In this document: positions 32,018-43,414 of the stretch, in pieces | How the letters are laid out: each line of letters opens with the position of its first letter | Numbering within the stretch: position 1 is the first letter of the stretch | Assembly: GCA_950097015.1 (NCBI GenBank) | Contig: CATNEN010000033.1 | Location: 2,666,001-2,730,000, forward strand | Reading direction: 5' to 3' | Origin: Macrostomum hystrix | Lineage: Eukaryota > Animalia > Platyhelminthes | Length of the DNA stretch: 64,000 bases | Translations under genes and position numbers: made by a program | The notes under the pieces: model-generated | What the model was told of the DNA's origin: nothing | The model's input: the letters and a program-made list of their open reading frames with translations, nothing else | Databases searched by the model: none

Positions 32018-35000
32018 TCAGATGTCCAGTCTAGTTCTCGAACTGATCAGGCGCCCAGATCGCGTCCTGTATTCCGTTCGACGAACCATGAGTAGCTCAG
32101 AATCCGAGCTGGTCTCATTGTCATTGCTGACGTGCTGTTGTTCACCATCATCACCTTCTTCGTCGATATCGTCGTGAACGTTGCCTTGTCCAGCCGATGC
32201 TCCAAACATCGGCGGTTGACTAAGACTGCGTCGTCTAGACGATGTAGACGATATAGGCGATGGTGTTGCTGAATCGATGGCCGGCTTTGTCGACTCTGTG
32301 TTGTCCGTTGTTGAACATCTAGGACTAACCGTAGCGGGTCGCATTGTCGACATTCGAGGTCGCTTCTTGTCAGTGGCCTTGCAAATGGACGACCGTCGAG
32401 TGCGTCGCTTGCGTGTGCGTTGACTATGTGGCATCACAATGTCATCAGCAGGTAGAGGAGATGCAGCCGATGAATTGGTTGCGTCCAGATCAACGCTACA
32501 GGCGGCAGAGCGACGACGATTCGTGTCGTTTTCGGCTGTTGGATGTCGTTGATGTCGACGATCAAGTGGCCGATTGTGACAGAATGTCTCGAAGCATCCT
32601 CTGACGTCGTCGGCGACCATCAGATTGGCCTGCTGTTTGGCCAGGCGTCCATACGCATTCACGACACAGTTGCGCGATGTGTCGTACAGAGGCACCAGCT
32701 GGTCTAGCTTGTCGGGATGCGCGTGCACATAGGCCGACAGTACATTTCGACGACCATCGCCCATGCGATAGGGCCGATCGATGACCAACTCGGCGCCCTG
32801 CTTGACAAGCGTGCTGAAACTTGTCGAGTCACGCTGCTTGCCACGATGCGTAGGAAACAGCAGACATTTGCCTGGCCTGACATGGATGTTGCACTCGGCG
32901 AAGTATGGCAATAGAAAGTTGTCTATCCATTGCAGTAGACATTCGCCGACTTTGCGTGGCGCAGTCCAGCTTGCACCTTTACCACGACCGCCCTTTTTGT
33001 GTGCCACTTCGGTAGGCGGCAGGACTGTGACAATGGTGGAGGACGTTGATACGCCGCTATTGAGTGCAGCATCCAAATAGCAACGCCGGATCGCGACCCA
33101 AGGACGTAGTCGATTGGCATGGACAATTGCTGCACAGAAGAAGGCCAGTTCACGCGTGATCGGCATAATAAATGTATTCCATTTGCCGACGACGTTGGCC
33201 ATTCGACGTGCACATTGTCCAATGCGACCCCAGTAGCCCTTCACGGGTAGATGAGACCACTGATGTTTGGCGACCATATCAATCAGGCAGTCTAGCCGGT
33301 TGTGAATGATGCGCCATTCGTCAGCGGTCAGGAACTTATCCGTGTAGGACAGCTGGCGTTCGTCATCGCGCAGGTGATAAATATTCTCTTGCCGCTGACG
33401 AATCAATCCAATGCAAGCCTGTACATGTTAAAGGGTTATGAAAGAGAAAGTACATACAGTAGCTTCTACAATTGTTCGTGATATATCAACTAACATAGTA
33501 TACAATATGCGACACAACAACACTGCTCACCATGATTGATTCGATGCGGCTAGTCAACAGACCAGATACTGCAGTCTGATGATAGAGAATACCATCTTGC
33601 GCGGGTCAGGACAGGCAGGCAATTCTGACGCGGCCTTGACAATGTCGGCATGCACGTTGGCAAACAATCCATCTGGTGGCGAGGTCAATTGGAACGCGTT
33701 CATAACACTAGGAGCACCGAAGTCGTTGTTGGCTGCTAGAAACTTCTTCGCACCGCTCAATATGTTATGAAGCTCGTTCATTCGCTGTCCAACAGTCGAT
33801 GGTTTCCAGACATGGCGCTTCACCATCTCGTCCAAATCGAATTGGATGCGCGCTGGATTGATGAACCACATCTCGACTGTGACATTGATTGCGTGTAGGA
33901 GACGACTAGTTGTAGCATGATAGTTCCGCTGGATTGCTTTCCTACGGCTAACATGCGATGCGTTCTCTTCTACACAGCAATGACCCTTGAACCAGATGTC
34001 GCCGACATTGTCTAGTTGCTTGTACATGTGTTCAGATGCAACGTGGTAGTCTGGGCCGTCGAAAACAACAAGCCGAGACTTCTTGTGCCTCCGTTGCAAT
34101 ACAAGCTCCTCTTCACTGACAGAATCATCAGTATTTTCCACGTCAGATTTAGAGGTCTGAGTCTCTGCTTGTCGCTGACTGACAGCATTGGTGACTCCGA
34201 CCGGAACATAGTCTGACGTATACTGGAGAATTGCTTCTGTCAGATTGACCAGATTCTGCAAGCTAGTACACACGCGCGGATGCTCAGCGTTGTGGGCTTT
34301 CTGCAGAATCTCGTTGAGGCCGGCCGCATTCAGACGCAGTCCATTGATAAACTCTGTTTGACAGGAAAGTTATAAATATTTGTTGATTATTTTTTTGTCT
34401 TTGTGTAAATTTAAAAATGTAAAGGCATGTACAACAATATTTTAGACCACTTACTGATCGCTGCCACATTGTCGTTGGCATTATCGAATTCTGGCATCGT
34501 ACTCGTTTCGTTTTGCAGTCGCTCGATGTCGTGACTGACAATATCGGCCGTGTAAGATGGTCCGGCACGATCGAAACTAGCCAACACCGGTGCTACTAAA
34601 GTAGACGGTGTGACAGACGATGCACTGTTGATAATGCGTACAGCATTGGACTGTCCAGCAGAAGACGATCCCGCAGAAGACGCTAACACGACAATAGGCG
34701 GCTCAATGTTTGCACCCGCGTCTATCGAATCAGACGAAGAGTCGTCGCTGTCACTTGACGAACGGGTTGCATTTGCTGCCTCTGTAATTGCCGGTTTACG
34801 CTTGCATGTCCTGGCAATGTGTTTACTGAGATGCTGAACACCTTTGCCACAGTATTGACAATAAGACAAAGATGCATCGGATCCATCCCGACGTAACCGG
34901 ATGATCTTCAATACGGTCTTTGCCTTGACGTCATACGATGCAGTCGCTGCGGGTCGTTGAACCTCCGGGATCGTGCTCCAATCGAAAGCCGAGACGAAGT

Positions 35001-35076
35001 CTGAATGATTTGTAAGAAAGTGCCTTACAACATTCGTCTTCCAAAATGAAGCTTTGCAGACTGGGCACGTATCCAT
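32018..35076 (-). CDS. Zinc-finger + tyrosine recombinase gene, copy 2 (exons 35076-34455, 34353-33531, 33418-32018; ~948 aa if one 1-nt deletion at ~33595 is corrected)
   Basis: GT-AG introns of 101 and 112 nt are conserved with copy 1. Domain order: zinc fingers, core-binding-like WKPSTVGQRMNEL, catalytic R..HK..R..Y. The C-terminus is complete, with a minus-strand AATAAA at ~31805. Confidence 0.75.
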
Positions 35077-35657
35077 TTCGCTGGTTACTATTTAATTTAG
35101 CTGTTCCAAAGTGCTTATGACAGAAGAACGTTTACACAGATTTGTAAGCGAGCGCGCTCGGCTTCTGACTCAAGCTGCTATCGTGACCCGTACGACAGTT
35201 TAATCACATAAACTATCATTCAAGGTTGGTCTATGGCGAAAAACCATAATATTGAACTCATAATAAATTTAACGTTGCTATATTGTCTACTCATAGTAGA
35301 GTAGTTAGTTTCGAACAGCATATTAACATAAACACTAATAATTAATTGATTTCTGAATGTCTATCTATATGTTGAAAGGGCACTTAAATTATTGTTGATT
35401 ATTCCAGAGGTATTTTTGCGAAAGTACATATATATTCTCAAACAAAGGTTAATGCAGTCTTTTTGTGAAAATACTTTTGTGTTAATATGATTACTCTATC
35501 TAGTGGTATTTTCGCGAAAAGACACTAGTGTCCCATATAAAAGTAAAGGCATTATCAAAAGAAGGTAAATGCCGTAAACGTTAATAATAATGGGGGTTCA
35601 CAAAAAGTAGTTTGGTAGTAATTAGTAGTAAATTATTAGCAGATTTTTTTTAATTGA

Positions 35658-35741
35658 GAAAAATGCGTAGTGCCGACTGGGATTCGAACCCGAGCCACTG
35701 CTACTAAAAAGGAATGCTTTAGACCTGCATGCCAGATCACT
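35658..35741 (-). ncRNA. tRNA-like Pol III cassette, inverted copy of 18597-18680
   Basis: The rc reads AGTGATCTGGCATGCAGGTCTAAAGC...GGGTTCGAATCCCAGTCGGCACTACGCATTTTTC. Flanks are homologous to ~18450-18800. Confidence 0.55.
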
Positions 35742-36309
35742 TGCAATTGAAATGTGTGTTATCTGGTTATTTATATTGATTTTCTTTCGGATGTGGGATT
35801 TTTAATGATTTTTGTCTGCAAATAGTGGAATCTTGATCACGTTTTCAATATTTTCTAACAGAACAATAAGATTAATTGAGAGAATATATATAGTACTGCT
35901 GATTATTACTATTATTGTTAGTATTTTCGCGAAATACGGATACGTATTCAAACGAAGGTAGAACAGTATTTTTGCAAAAGCACTTTAAGTACTTTAGTTA
36001 CATAGATGATGTTTTCGCAAAATGCTTTAAGTGAAGTAGCAATGTTAATACAGGGCTATGTATTTTCGCGAAAGTACGTTTTCGCCTTATACCTTTGCGA
36101 AAGAACGAAGGTAATAAGTTAGTCCGTCCATGCAAACTCGGTGCATTCGCGAAAGCACAATGAAATGAAATGAAAGCACTAGTGATATATATTAGTACTT
36201 TCGCAAACACGACTATATGCTCCGCAGTGCCCGATTGCAAAAAGACAAGCTTAGCTGTTCTAATTATAGAAATACACTAGGGAGATCAAAAAAAAGGTCA
36301 TTCGGTCCA

Positions 36310-36470
36310 CTTAACTGATTATATTGTCCGCCCATTGATTTCTATATAAGTGATAATATTGTCTGTCCACGTACTGATAATATTGTCCGCCTACTGATAA
36401 TATTGTCCTCTTACTGATAATATTGTCCGCTTACTGATAATATTGTCCGCTTACTGATAATATTGTCCCA
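36310..36470. repeat. ~20-bp tandem repeat ctgataatattgtcc(gctta)
   Basis: About 8 units. Occupies the position held by the GGACAAATCTTAAGATTTGTCC cluster in the 7.4-7.6 kb copy. Confidence 0.85.
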
Positions 36471-36856
36471 TGTAGTTAATATGCTAGTGCCATAGACGGC
36501 TGGGTCTGGAGTGTGGCCTTGAGTAGCGGATTTCAGATTTTCGGCACTTGTACATAGGGGAATCCAAGTCTAAGCTGGGGTCCACCGGACAAAATAATCA
36601 GTTTGTTGGGGTCCGCAGGACATTATTATCAATGCAAATTTTGTCAATAGTGACGGGAAACTGTATTATGCTAAGAATATACCACGTAGGTAGCAGCAGC
36701 TAGACTATGTAAAAGTAGTTTAAAACATTTTGCAGGCATCATGAACTGTCGACTTTGAATACTCAGATTTGTTAATCAAATACCAACTTTTAATTATTTT
36801 AATCAGTTAATTAATTTCATTATAACTAATGGCAACAGTGCTTAACAAAAGAATTG

Positions 36857-37306
36857 CTAGATGTCATTCAAATCTGGGTTATTTGCAGCACGATTGGCAT
36901 TGCCGCGCTCTCTTTCAGTGCCAGTGCCGCCATTGTTGCTGCTGCTGCTACTGCTTACAATTGGTGACTGTATATCGGTCACTTGCGCATGCTGCGGCAG
37001 TTACAATTGGCCGGCTAAATCACGTGTCGGATTGGCGTTCACAATAGAAAATCTCTGATTGTAAATTCGCACGACACCTGGACGATGCAATACGTACTGA
37101 ACACGTTGACGTGAAGGCAGAATAGCAAAATCGGAGTCTGAACTACTATCCGAGCTGTGCCTTCGTCGACGTCGCTCAGTGCCTATCGCGACATCCGTGC
37201 TGCTACTGACGGTAGGGCACGAGATGGGTTTGTCATTGCCAGAGTTGTGATCCTCTCTGTCGATATCTCGATCTCCGCCATTGTGCCGCCCACCCAGGGA
37301 TGACAT
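36857..37306 (-). pseudogene. Copy of the 24237-24692 ORF with premature stop (CAA>TAA at 37001-37003)
   Basis: Near-identical reverse complement of 24237-24692 with homologous flanks. Confidence 0.75.
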
Positions 37307-37623
37307 GTCGTCGTTTTTTATTTGAAACAATAATTTATCAGCTAAAATGTGTAAATAAGTTACGCAACTTAACTGAGTAAAGTAAATAACTAAAAAACCC
37401 GATTGCTAGTCTATGGTAACCAGCTTGCTGATAATCTTATGTTGTTAAGAATAAGCATTCTTGTTTGTATTTTTTTGTTTGCAAACGTTCAATATATTTT
37501 TTTATTCGTTTTAGAACACGTTTTTTCGCAAAAATATTTTCGTCATCGTATCGTTAGTATTTTGGCAAAAACTGCCATTATTTTTCATTCATAATAGTAT
37601 TCAATATAGTACACAGTATATAG

Positions 37624-38058
37624 CAGGGGTAGGCAAACTTATTTGCTGGCGGGCCAAAGAGAGAATCTAAAAGACGACAGCGGGCCGCATTGACTGTATA
37701 AATATGAGATAGGGGAGAGATGAGACACGGGAGAGATAAGACACGGGAGAGATGAGACACGGGAGAGATGGGACACAGGAGAGATTAGACACGGGAGAGA
37801 TAAGACACGGGAGAGATGAGACACGGGAGCGATGAGAAACGGGAGAGATACGACACGAGAGCGATGAGACACAGGAGAGATTAGACACGGGAGAGATTAG
37901 ACTCGGGAGAGATGAGACACGAGAGCGATGAGACACTGGAGAGATTAGACACGAGAGCGATGAAACAGGACACTGTAGATGTCAGAAGGGGCAACGGGCC
38001 GGATTTGGGAGCTTCGAGGGCCGCATCTGGCCCGCGGGCCGGTGTTTGCCGACCCCTG
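37624..38058. mobile_element. Non-autonomous hAT (Charlie-like) MITE with internal GAGACACGGGAGAGAT repeats
   Basis: 15-bp TIRs CAGGGGTAGGCAAAC / GTTTGCCGACCCCTG. Degenerate 8-bp flanks gtatatag / atgtacag (5/8 match). Confidence 0.85.
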
Positions 38059-38165
38059 ATGTACAGTAACAGTGTCAGAATTAGGCTTCAGAAAGCTAAA
38101 ATTTGACCTTAGCGAATTTACAATTGTTCTAAGGGATTCTGTGCTATCCAAATAGAACCGCAGAA

Positions 38166-38640
38166 AAGGGTATCGTAGCTGAATATCTGAATTAAAGGGT
38201 ATCGCAGCTGAACATCTGAATTAGAGGGTATCGCAGCTGAATATCTGAATTAGAGGGTATCGTAGCTGAACATCTGAATTAGAGGGTATCGCAGCTGAAT
38301 ATCTGAATTAGAGGGTATCGCAGCTGAATATCTGAATTAGAGGGTATCGCAGCTGAATATCTGAATTAGAGGGTATCGCAGCTGAATATCTGAATTAGAG
38401 GGTATCGCAGCTGAAAATCTGAATTAGAGGGTATCGCAGCTGAAAATCTGAACATCTGAATTAGAGGGTATCGCAGCTGAACATCTGAATTAGAGGGTAT
38501 CGCAGCTGAATATCTGAATTAGAGGGTATCGCAGCTGAAAATCTGAACATCTTAATTAGAGGGTATCGCAGCTGAATATCTGAATTAGAGGGTATCGCAG
38601 CTGAAAATCTGAACATCTTAATTAGAGGGTATCGCAGCAG
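38166..38640. repeat. 29-bp tandem minisatellite agagggtatcgcagctgaatatctgaatt
   Basis: Direct reading. Confidence 0.95.
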
Positions 38641-38738
38641 AATATCTCAAGTCTCTAACTACACATATTTGTCAGTCTCGGCAGCATGTGGTAAATTCAA
38701 AACGAGGTAGAATAAGCTTGATTTGCCTAAAAAACTAG

Positions 38739-39972
38739 TTGTTCTGGCCACCCACCCACCCCGGTGCAGTGATGCCCGAGTTGGCCAGCCAGCCGGAGCC
38801 GCTGACGTACGTCAGAGCGAATTCCACAGTTCTTCTGGGCTGCACAGTGCGCGGCAGCACCTCGGCTCTCCAGTGCGGCTACAGGCGCCGCTCTGCCGAT
38901 AAGATCCTATTTGTGCCCAACAATAGCGTTATCGGGCCCGGCGTGCGTTGCCTTAGCAACGGTATCGAAGTCCAGACTCAACTAGTGGAATCGGCATCGG
39001 ATTTGGCTGAGTATCAGTTCTTCTGCAAGGCTGTTACCAATAGCAAATTTGCTCTGATTGGTTCGCCATTTCAAGTGAAGATTATCGGTGGGTTCGTAAT
39101 AATTCGAAAAAATTCGAAATTCGAAATTCGAAAAAATTCTTACTCGTATTCTTACTGATCTTATTCTTACTGTATTTTCAAGTAGTCTTTATGCTGTACA
39201 TTAAAAGCTGCAATTTACTGTAACGCTGGTTAGTGACAGTGGACTGTAATGCTGGGTTGTGACAGTGGACTGTAATGCTGGTTAGTGACAGTGGACTGTA
39301 ACGCTGGTTAGTGACAGTGGACTGTAATGCTGGTTAGTGACAGTGGACTGTAATGCTGGTTAGTGACAGTGGACTGTAATGCTGGGTTGTGACAGTGGAC
39401 TGTAATGCTGGTTAGTGACAGTGGACTGTAATGCTGGTTAGTGACAGTGGACTGTAATGCTGGTTAGTGACAGTGGACTGTAATGCTGGTTAGTGACAGT
39501 GGACTGTAATGCTGGTTAGTGACAGTGGACTGTAATGCTGGGTTGTGACAGTGGACTGTAATGCTGGTTAGTGACAGTGGACTGTAATGCTGGTTAGTGA
39601 CAGTGGACTGTAATGCTGGTTAGTGACAGTGGACTGTAATGCTGGGTAGAGACAGTGGACTGTAACGCTGGTTAGTGACAGTGGACTGTAATGCTGGTTA
39701 GTGACAGTGGACTGTAATGCTGGTTAGTGACAGTGGACTGTAATGTTTGGTTGTGACAGTGCATTGCAATAACATTTTGTTTTGCTTTAAAATCTAACCA
39801 TTTCCTTACTCGGAAAATTCAGAAATCCAGCCATTCAGTGACGCTGGGCCTACGCGCCAGCAGAAGGAATGCCTGAAGGGCAACAAAGTTCAAATTGAAT
39901 GCCGGCCGCCGCATTCCGTGCCACCGGCCGATGTCACCTTTACGGTGAATGGTGCGCCATTGACGCCGCTGG
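38739..39972 (+). CDS. Two internal exons (~38739-39087 and 39823-39972) of an Ig-superfamily cell-surface protein (CDON/BOC/Ihog- or contactin-like)
   Basis: Exon A has VLLGCTV...YQFFCKA (Ig B and F strand cysteines) and ends ATC G|GT. Exon B (phase 1, 150 nt) reads EIQPF...VQIECRPPHSVPPADVTFTVNG. The start of exon A is uncertain. Confidence 0.7.
39222..39758. repeat. 26-bp intronic tandem minisatellite gctggttagtgacagtggactgtaat
   Basis: Direct reading. Confidence 0.95.
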
Positions 39973-40169
39973 GTGAGTTTAACTTTGTCTGGCTATTTTG
40001 GGATTTTTATGCATTCCCTACTCTCCATTCCCTCCTTGAACTACACCCGTATTTCCACAGTATCTGACTTCATATCCTTCTCCCAATCGGGCCTTGTTGA
40101 TTCTCTCAGCAATATTTTCCCTGCCATGTGTATCTTCACTGCAATCAATTCCTATCCACCCTCTACCCT

Positions 40170-40655
40170 TCCTATCTCCCCTCTCCTCTTTCTATCTCTC
40201 CTATATTCTTCCTTCTATCCTTCCTCTATTCTTTCTTCTATCCTTCCTCTACTCTTCCTGCTATCCTTCCTCAACTCTTCCTTCTATCATTCCTCTACTC
40301 TTCCTTCTATCCTTCCTCTACTCTTCCTTCTATCCTTCCTCTACTCTTCCTTCTATCCTTCCTCTACTCTTCCTTCTATCCTTCCTCTACCCTTCCTTTA
40401 TCCTTCCTTTATCCTCTACCCTTCCTTTATCCTCTACCCTTCCTTTATCCTCTAGCCTTCTTTTGTCCTCTACCCTTCCTTTATCCTCTAGCCTTCTTTT
40501 ATCCTCTACCCTTCCTTTATCCTCTACCCTTCCTTTATCCTCTAGCCTTCTTTTATCCTCTAGCCTTCCTTTATCCTCTAGCCTTCTTTTATCCTCTAGC
40601 CTTCCTTTATCCTCTACCCTTCCTTTATCCTCTACTCTTCTTTTATCCTCTAGCC
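40170..40655. repeat. Pyrimidine-rich 18-23-bp tandem repeats
   Basis: ctcttccttctatccttcctcta and ccttcctttatcctcta(c/g) units. Confidence 0.9.
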
Positions 40656-40659
40656 TTCC

Positions 40660-41100
40660 TTATAGTCTTTTCACGAAAAAAATACATTCATGACTCTTGG
40701 CAATTTGCAGAAATACTAAATGTGTCTATGGTAAAAAAATGTACAAGACACTTCGTCTAAGAATACGCATGCAATTTCGCGAAAATACCATAAGATGTGG
40801 CCACGTTACTTCAAGAACTTTTGCAAAAATACTGCCCTTTCCTTCGTTTAAGTACATATCAGTATTTTCGCGAAAATACTGTATTTACTTTAGATTTAGA
40901 AGTCGTTATATTTTTTTGCGAAAATACCTTCATGAATATTTTTCATCAATACTTTGACACTCTGCATATACATCGCTACTGTCTATTCTTATTACATCAC
41001 TTTTAGTTTTAAGTCCACTTCATTATTCTCAGGTTTTGCGCAATATATATACAATAAAATATGCATCGGATAATTTGTCCTGCAGACCCCAACAGTCGGA
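40660..41100 (-). mobile_element. Dispersed fragment of the element's non-coding modules (palindrome-array flank plus adjacent modules)
   Basis: 40660-40890 is the rc of ~22680-22800 and the array unit. 40980-41050 is the rc of 27620-27695. 41060-41100 is the rc of ~7690-7735. Confidence 0.7.
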
Positions 41101-42438
41101 AGATTTTGTTGGCTGATCTTAAACGATTTTGAATTTGAATTCGCAGGCCTGATATTTGCTACGTGGCATGATATAATTAAAAAGAATAGAATAGTTTACA
41201 ATTCAGTTGACTTGATAGGAAAACATGCTTGCTTCCTTCCAAAAGAAGCTTCGTGAGGAAGCGACCGTTCGTGTTAAACAATGAGTATATGCATAGCTAT
41301 TTATAATAATAGTAATAAAATTCGACATGTAAAACTAAGCTTGAATGCTATCTATGCAATTCTGAGAAAGGTTTCATAATGTCTATTTATATGCTTCTAA
41401 TTTGCCTAATTAGCATAATTAGCAATACTAGAATTACTTGCCTAATTCTTAGTGAAATATTCCTAAGTGCGAAATGACAAAATATTTTCACAAAGTTTCA
41501 TGAATTTTTAACTCACGGTAGCTCGAACGACTGCAGCCACGAAAGCAGACTTTAAGTTTGCTTGAATGTTACGAAACTCAGCCGTTGTTATTACCCCCCG
41601 CGCTAGACCTGTCTTTCTTTTTCTTGAACTCTGTGCCACAGACTATAACTTCTCTGCCCCCCTGGAGAGCTAGAAAGCCGTCAAACCTACGCATTTAACA
41701 TTTGTCTATGGCGTCAATTAAGAAAAACAGAATGGGCTTGTCTGCTAAGAAAGTCGATGGCTAAAAGTACAAGAATTTGTTTACGAAAACTTGATTGAAC
41801 CTCAATATTCTTATTCAACTCATTTTTATGTTTGCCTGCTGTATCAAAGTTTGCGTGCCGTAAACTAAACAAAATGATTTAGTTTAGTTCAACCTTAAGT
41901 GCAATTTGCTTACAAAACATCATAGTTCGCTATTTATCTACAAGCTGCCTTTCAAAAAAATGCCGCAAAGGTGCTATGCGCAACTTTTAACTTCCAGTCC
42001 ATCAGCATGATGGATGAACCAGACTTCCAGTCCCTCCAACTCAGTGAATTACAACTACAAGCCGCACTTGAGCATTTAATTTTGATCATTTTTAACCATT
42101 TTGAATTTATTTTGCCATCAGAATTTGTACACATTCCGTCATAACAAGAGACATAACACACTTGTGCACTCAAACGCCAAGCATGACCCACATGCGCTAT
42201 TTACGAGTAGCGAGCGTCAGAACGTTTAGTGTACAAATGTAGCCATTATCAATATTGATCTCTCAGCCGACAACTTGCAGCCGTGCTGCGCATTAGCACA
42301 TCAGATAGTGGGACTGCTGCTGCTGCTGCTGTTGATGATGATGATAATGATGATGATGCTGCTGTACTGCTGCCACATCTAACAACGCCAAACTACTAAA
42401 TCGGGCAACTTTTGTGCACCTCCTGTCAATCGGCCATG

Positions 42439-43311
42439 TCACAGCTGGGTGGTGGTGTACACTGGATTGACCAGCACAGACGCCGTCTCATTGTCGCTTC
42501 GGTTAGCCATCAGATTCGGAATTGGCTGGTTCGGATTGGCCTTCAGATTCAAACGAAGCTTTGATTTGGCTCTTAAATTCGGATTCGGATTCGGATTCGG
42601 ATTCGGATAGAAAACTAGTCGCACAATTTGAGACGATTCGTTCTCAATGCAACAATTTCGCATATCGCATTTGCCGACTGTAGACGGAAAATTGATTGTT
42701 GGCTGAATCGAACCAGCGACCGCAGTCATCAGAGGCAGCTGGACGGCAAGTCGGTGGTGCAGTCGAAGGCTGACAAGCCGCAGGCGACAAGCCACAGCCT
42801 GGGCGGCCAGGAGGAGGCCCAGTGAGGAGGCCAGCATTAGGGGCGTGCCCAGCAGCCAGTCCAGGTTGGCCCGGGCATCCAGCTGTCCGAGGTCATCAAG
42901 TCGCGGCTCTCTGGCGCGCACCATGCCATAGGCCAGCCCGCCAATCAGGCTGGCAGCAGCCAGGATCAGCAGGCAACGACGTAGACGGACCCAGTCGGTC
43001 AGGCTGGGCTGCAGTTTGCAGGCGAGGCTCAGGCGTTGGCGCTGAAGCTCGTCGGCGCATCCCGGGGCCGCCTCTAGGCGAGCCAGTCGGCGCAGTCGTT
43101 CGGAGCAATGAGCCAGCGATGGCGGCCGTGGACTTCGATTCCGCGCTGTCAATACAGTGGACGGCATCGGCCACGTCAGCCAGTGTGGCCGCATCGCAGC
43201 TCCGAGCAGAAGTCCTGGCTTTGTTTCTGTAGCCTTATCTTTCCTGTGTGTGCATCGGTAAGCATAATTTATCGCGTCTGTTAGTCGACCCTTGCGGCTG
43301 AGTCGACCCAA
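42439..43311 (-). CDS. Possible exon of a membrane protein with two hydrophobic segments
   Basis: GC-rich open frame with LLILAAASLIGGLAYGMV and WLLGTPLMLASSLGLLLAAQAV. No family recognised and boundaries uncertain. Confidence 0.35.
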   Translation of the reverse strand: MGRLSRKGRLTDAINYAYRCTHRKDKATETKPGLLLGAAMRPHWLTWPMPSTVLTARNRSPRPPSLAHCSERLRRLARLEAAPGCADELQRQRLSLACKLQPSLTDWVRLRRCLLILAAASLIGGLAYGMVRAREPRLDDLGQLDARANLDWLLGTPLMLASSLGLLLAAQAVACRLRLVSLRLHHRLAVQLPLMTAVAGSIQPTINFPSTVGKCDMRNCCIENESSQIVRLVFYPNPNPNPNPNLRAKSKLRLNLKANPNQPIPNLMANRSDNETASVLVNPVYTTTQL

Positions 43312-43414
43312 TCAGCTGCTGCTTGTGGGGAATCCGCATGCCAATTAGAATATTAAATATGCAACCGGAGAACAGGCCTTGTACTGCGCCGCTTCAATTG
43401 AAACAGGGCCGAGA

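Noticed and set aside
36489-37416. CCATAGAC...GTCTATGG as TIRs of a small transposon (the octamer recurs many times)
   Set aside because: The match is only 8 bp, there is no TSD, and homology with other copies runs through the motif.
18300-37600. Assignment to Polinton/adintovirus, Helitron or DIRS
   Set aside because: No pPolB, retroviral-type integrase, capsid, Pif1 helicase or RT/RNase H motifs are visible in any ORF of the block. A diverged capsid cannot be excluded without structure searches.
39973-40760. L/S/P/F-rich ORFs in three frames
   Set aside because: They come from pyrimidine-rich tandem repeats in an intron.
42578-42608. (TTCGGA)n as an interstitial telomere variant
   Set aside because: Only ~5 units and two mismatches per unit to TTAGGG.
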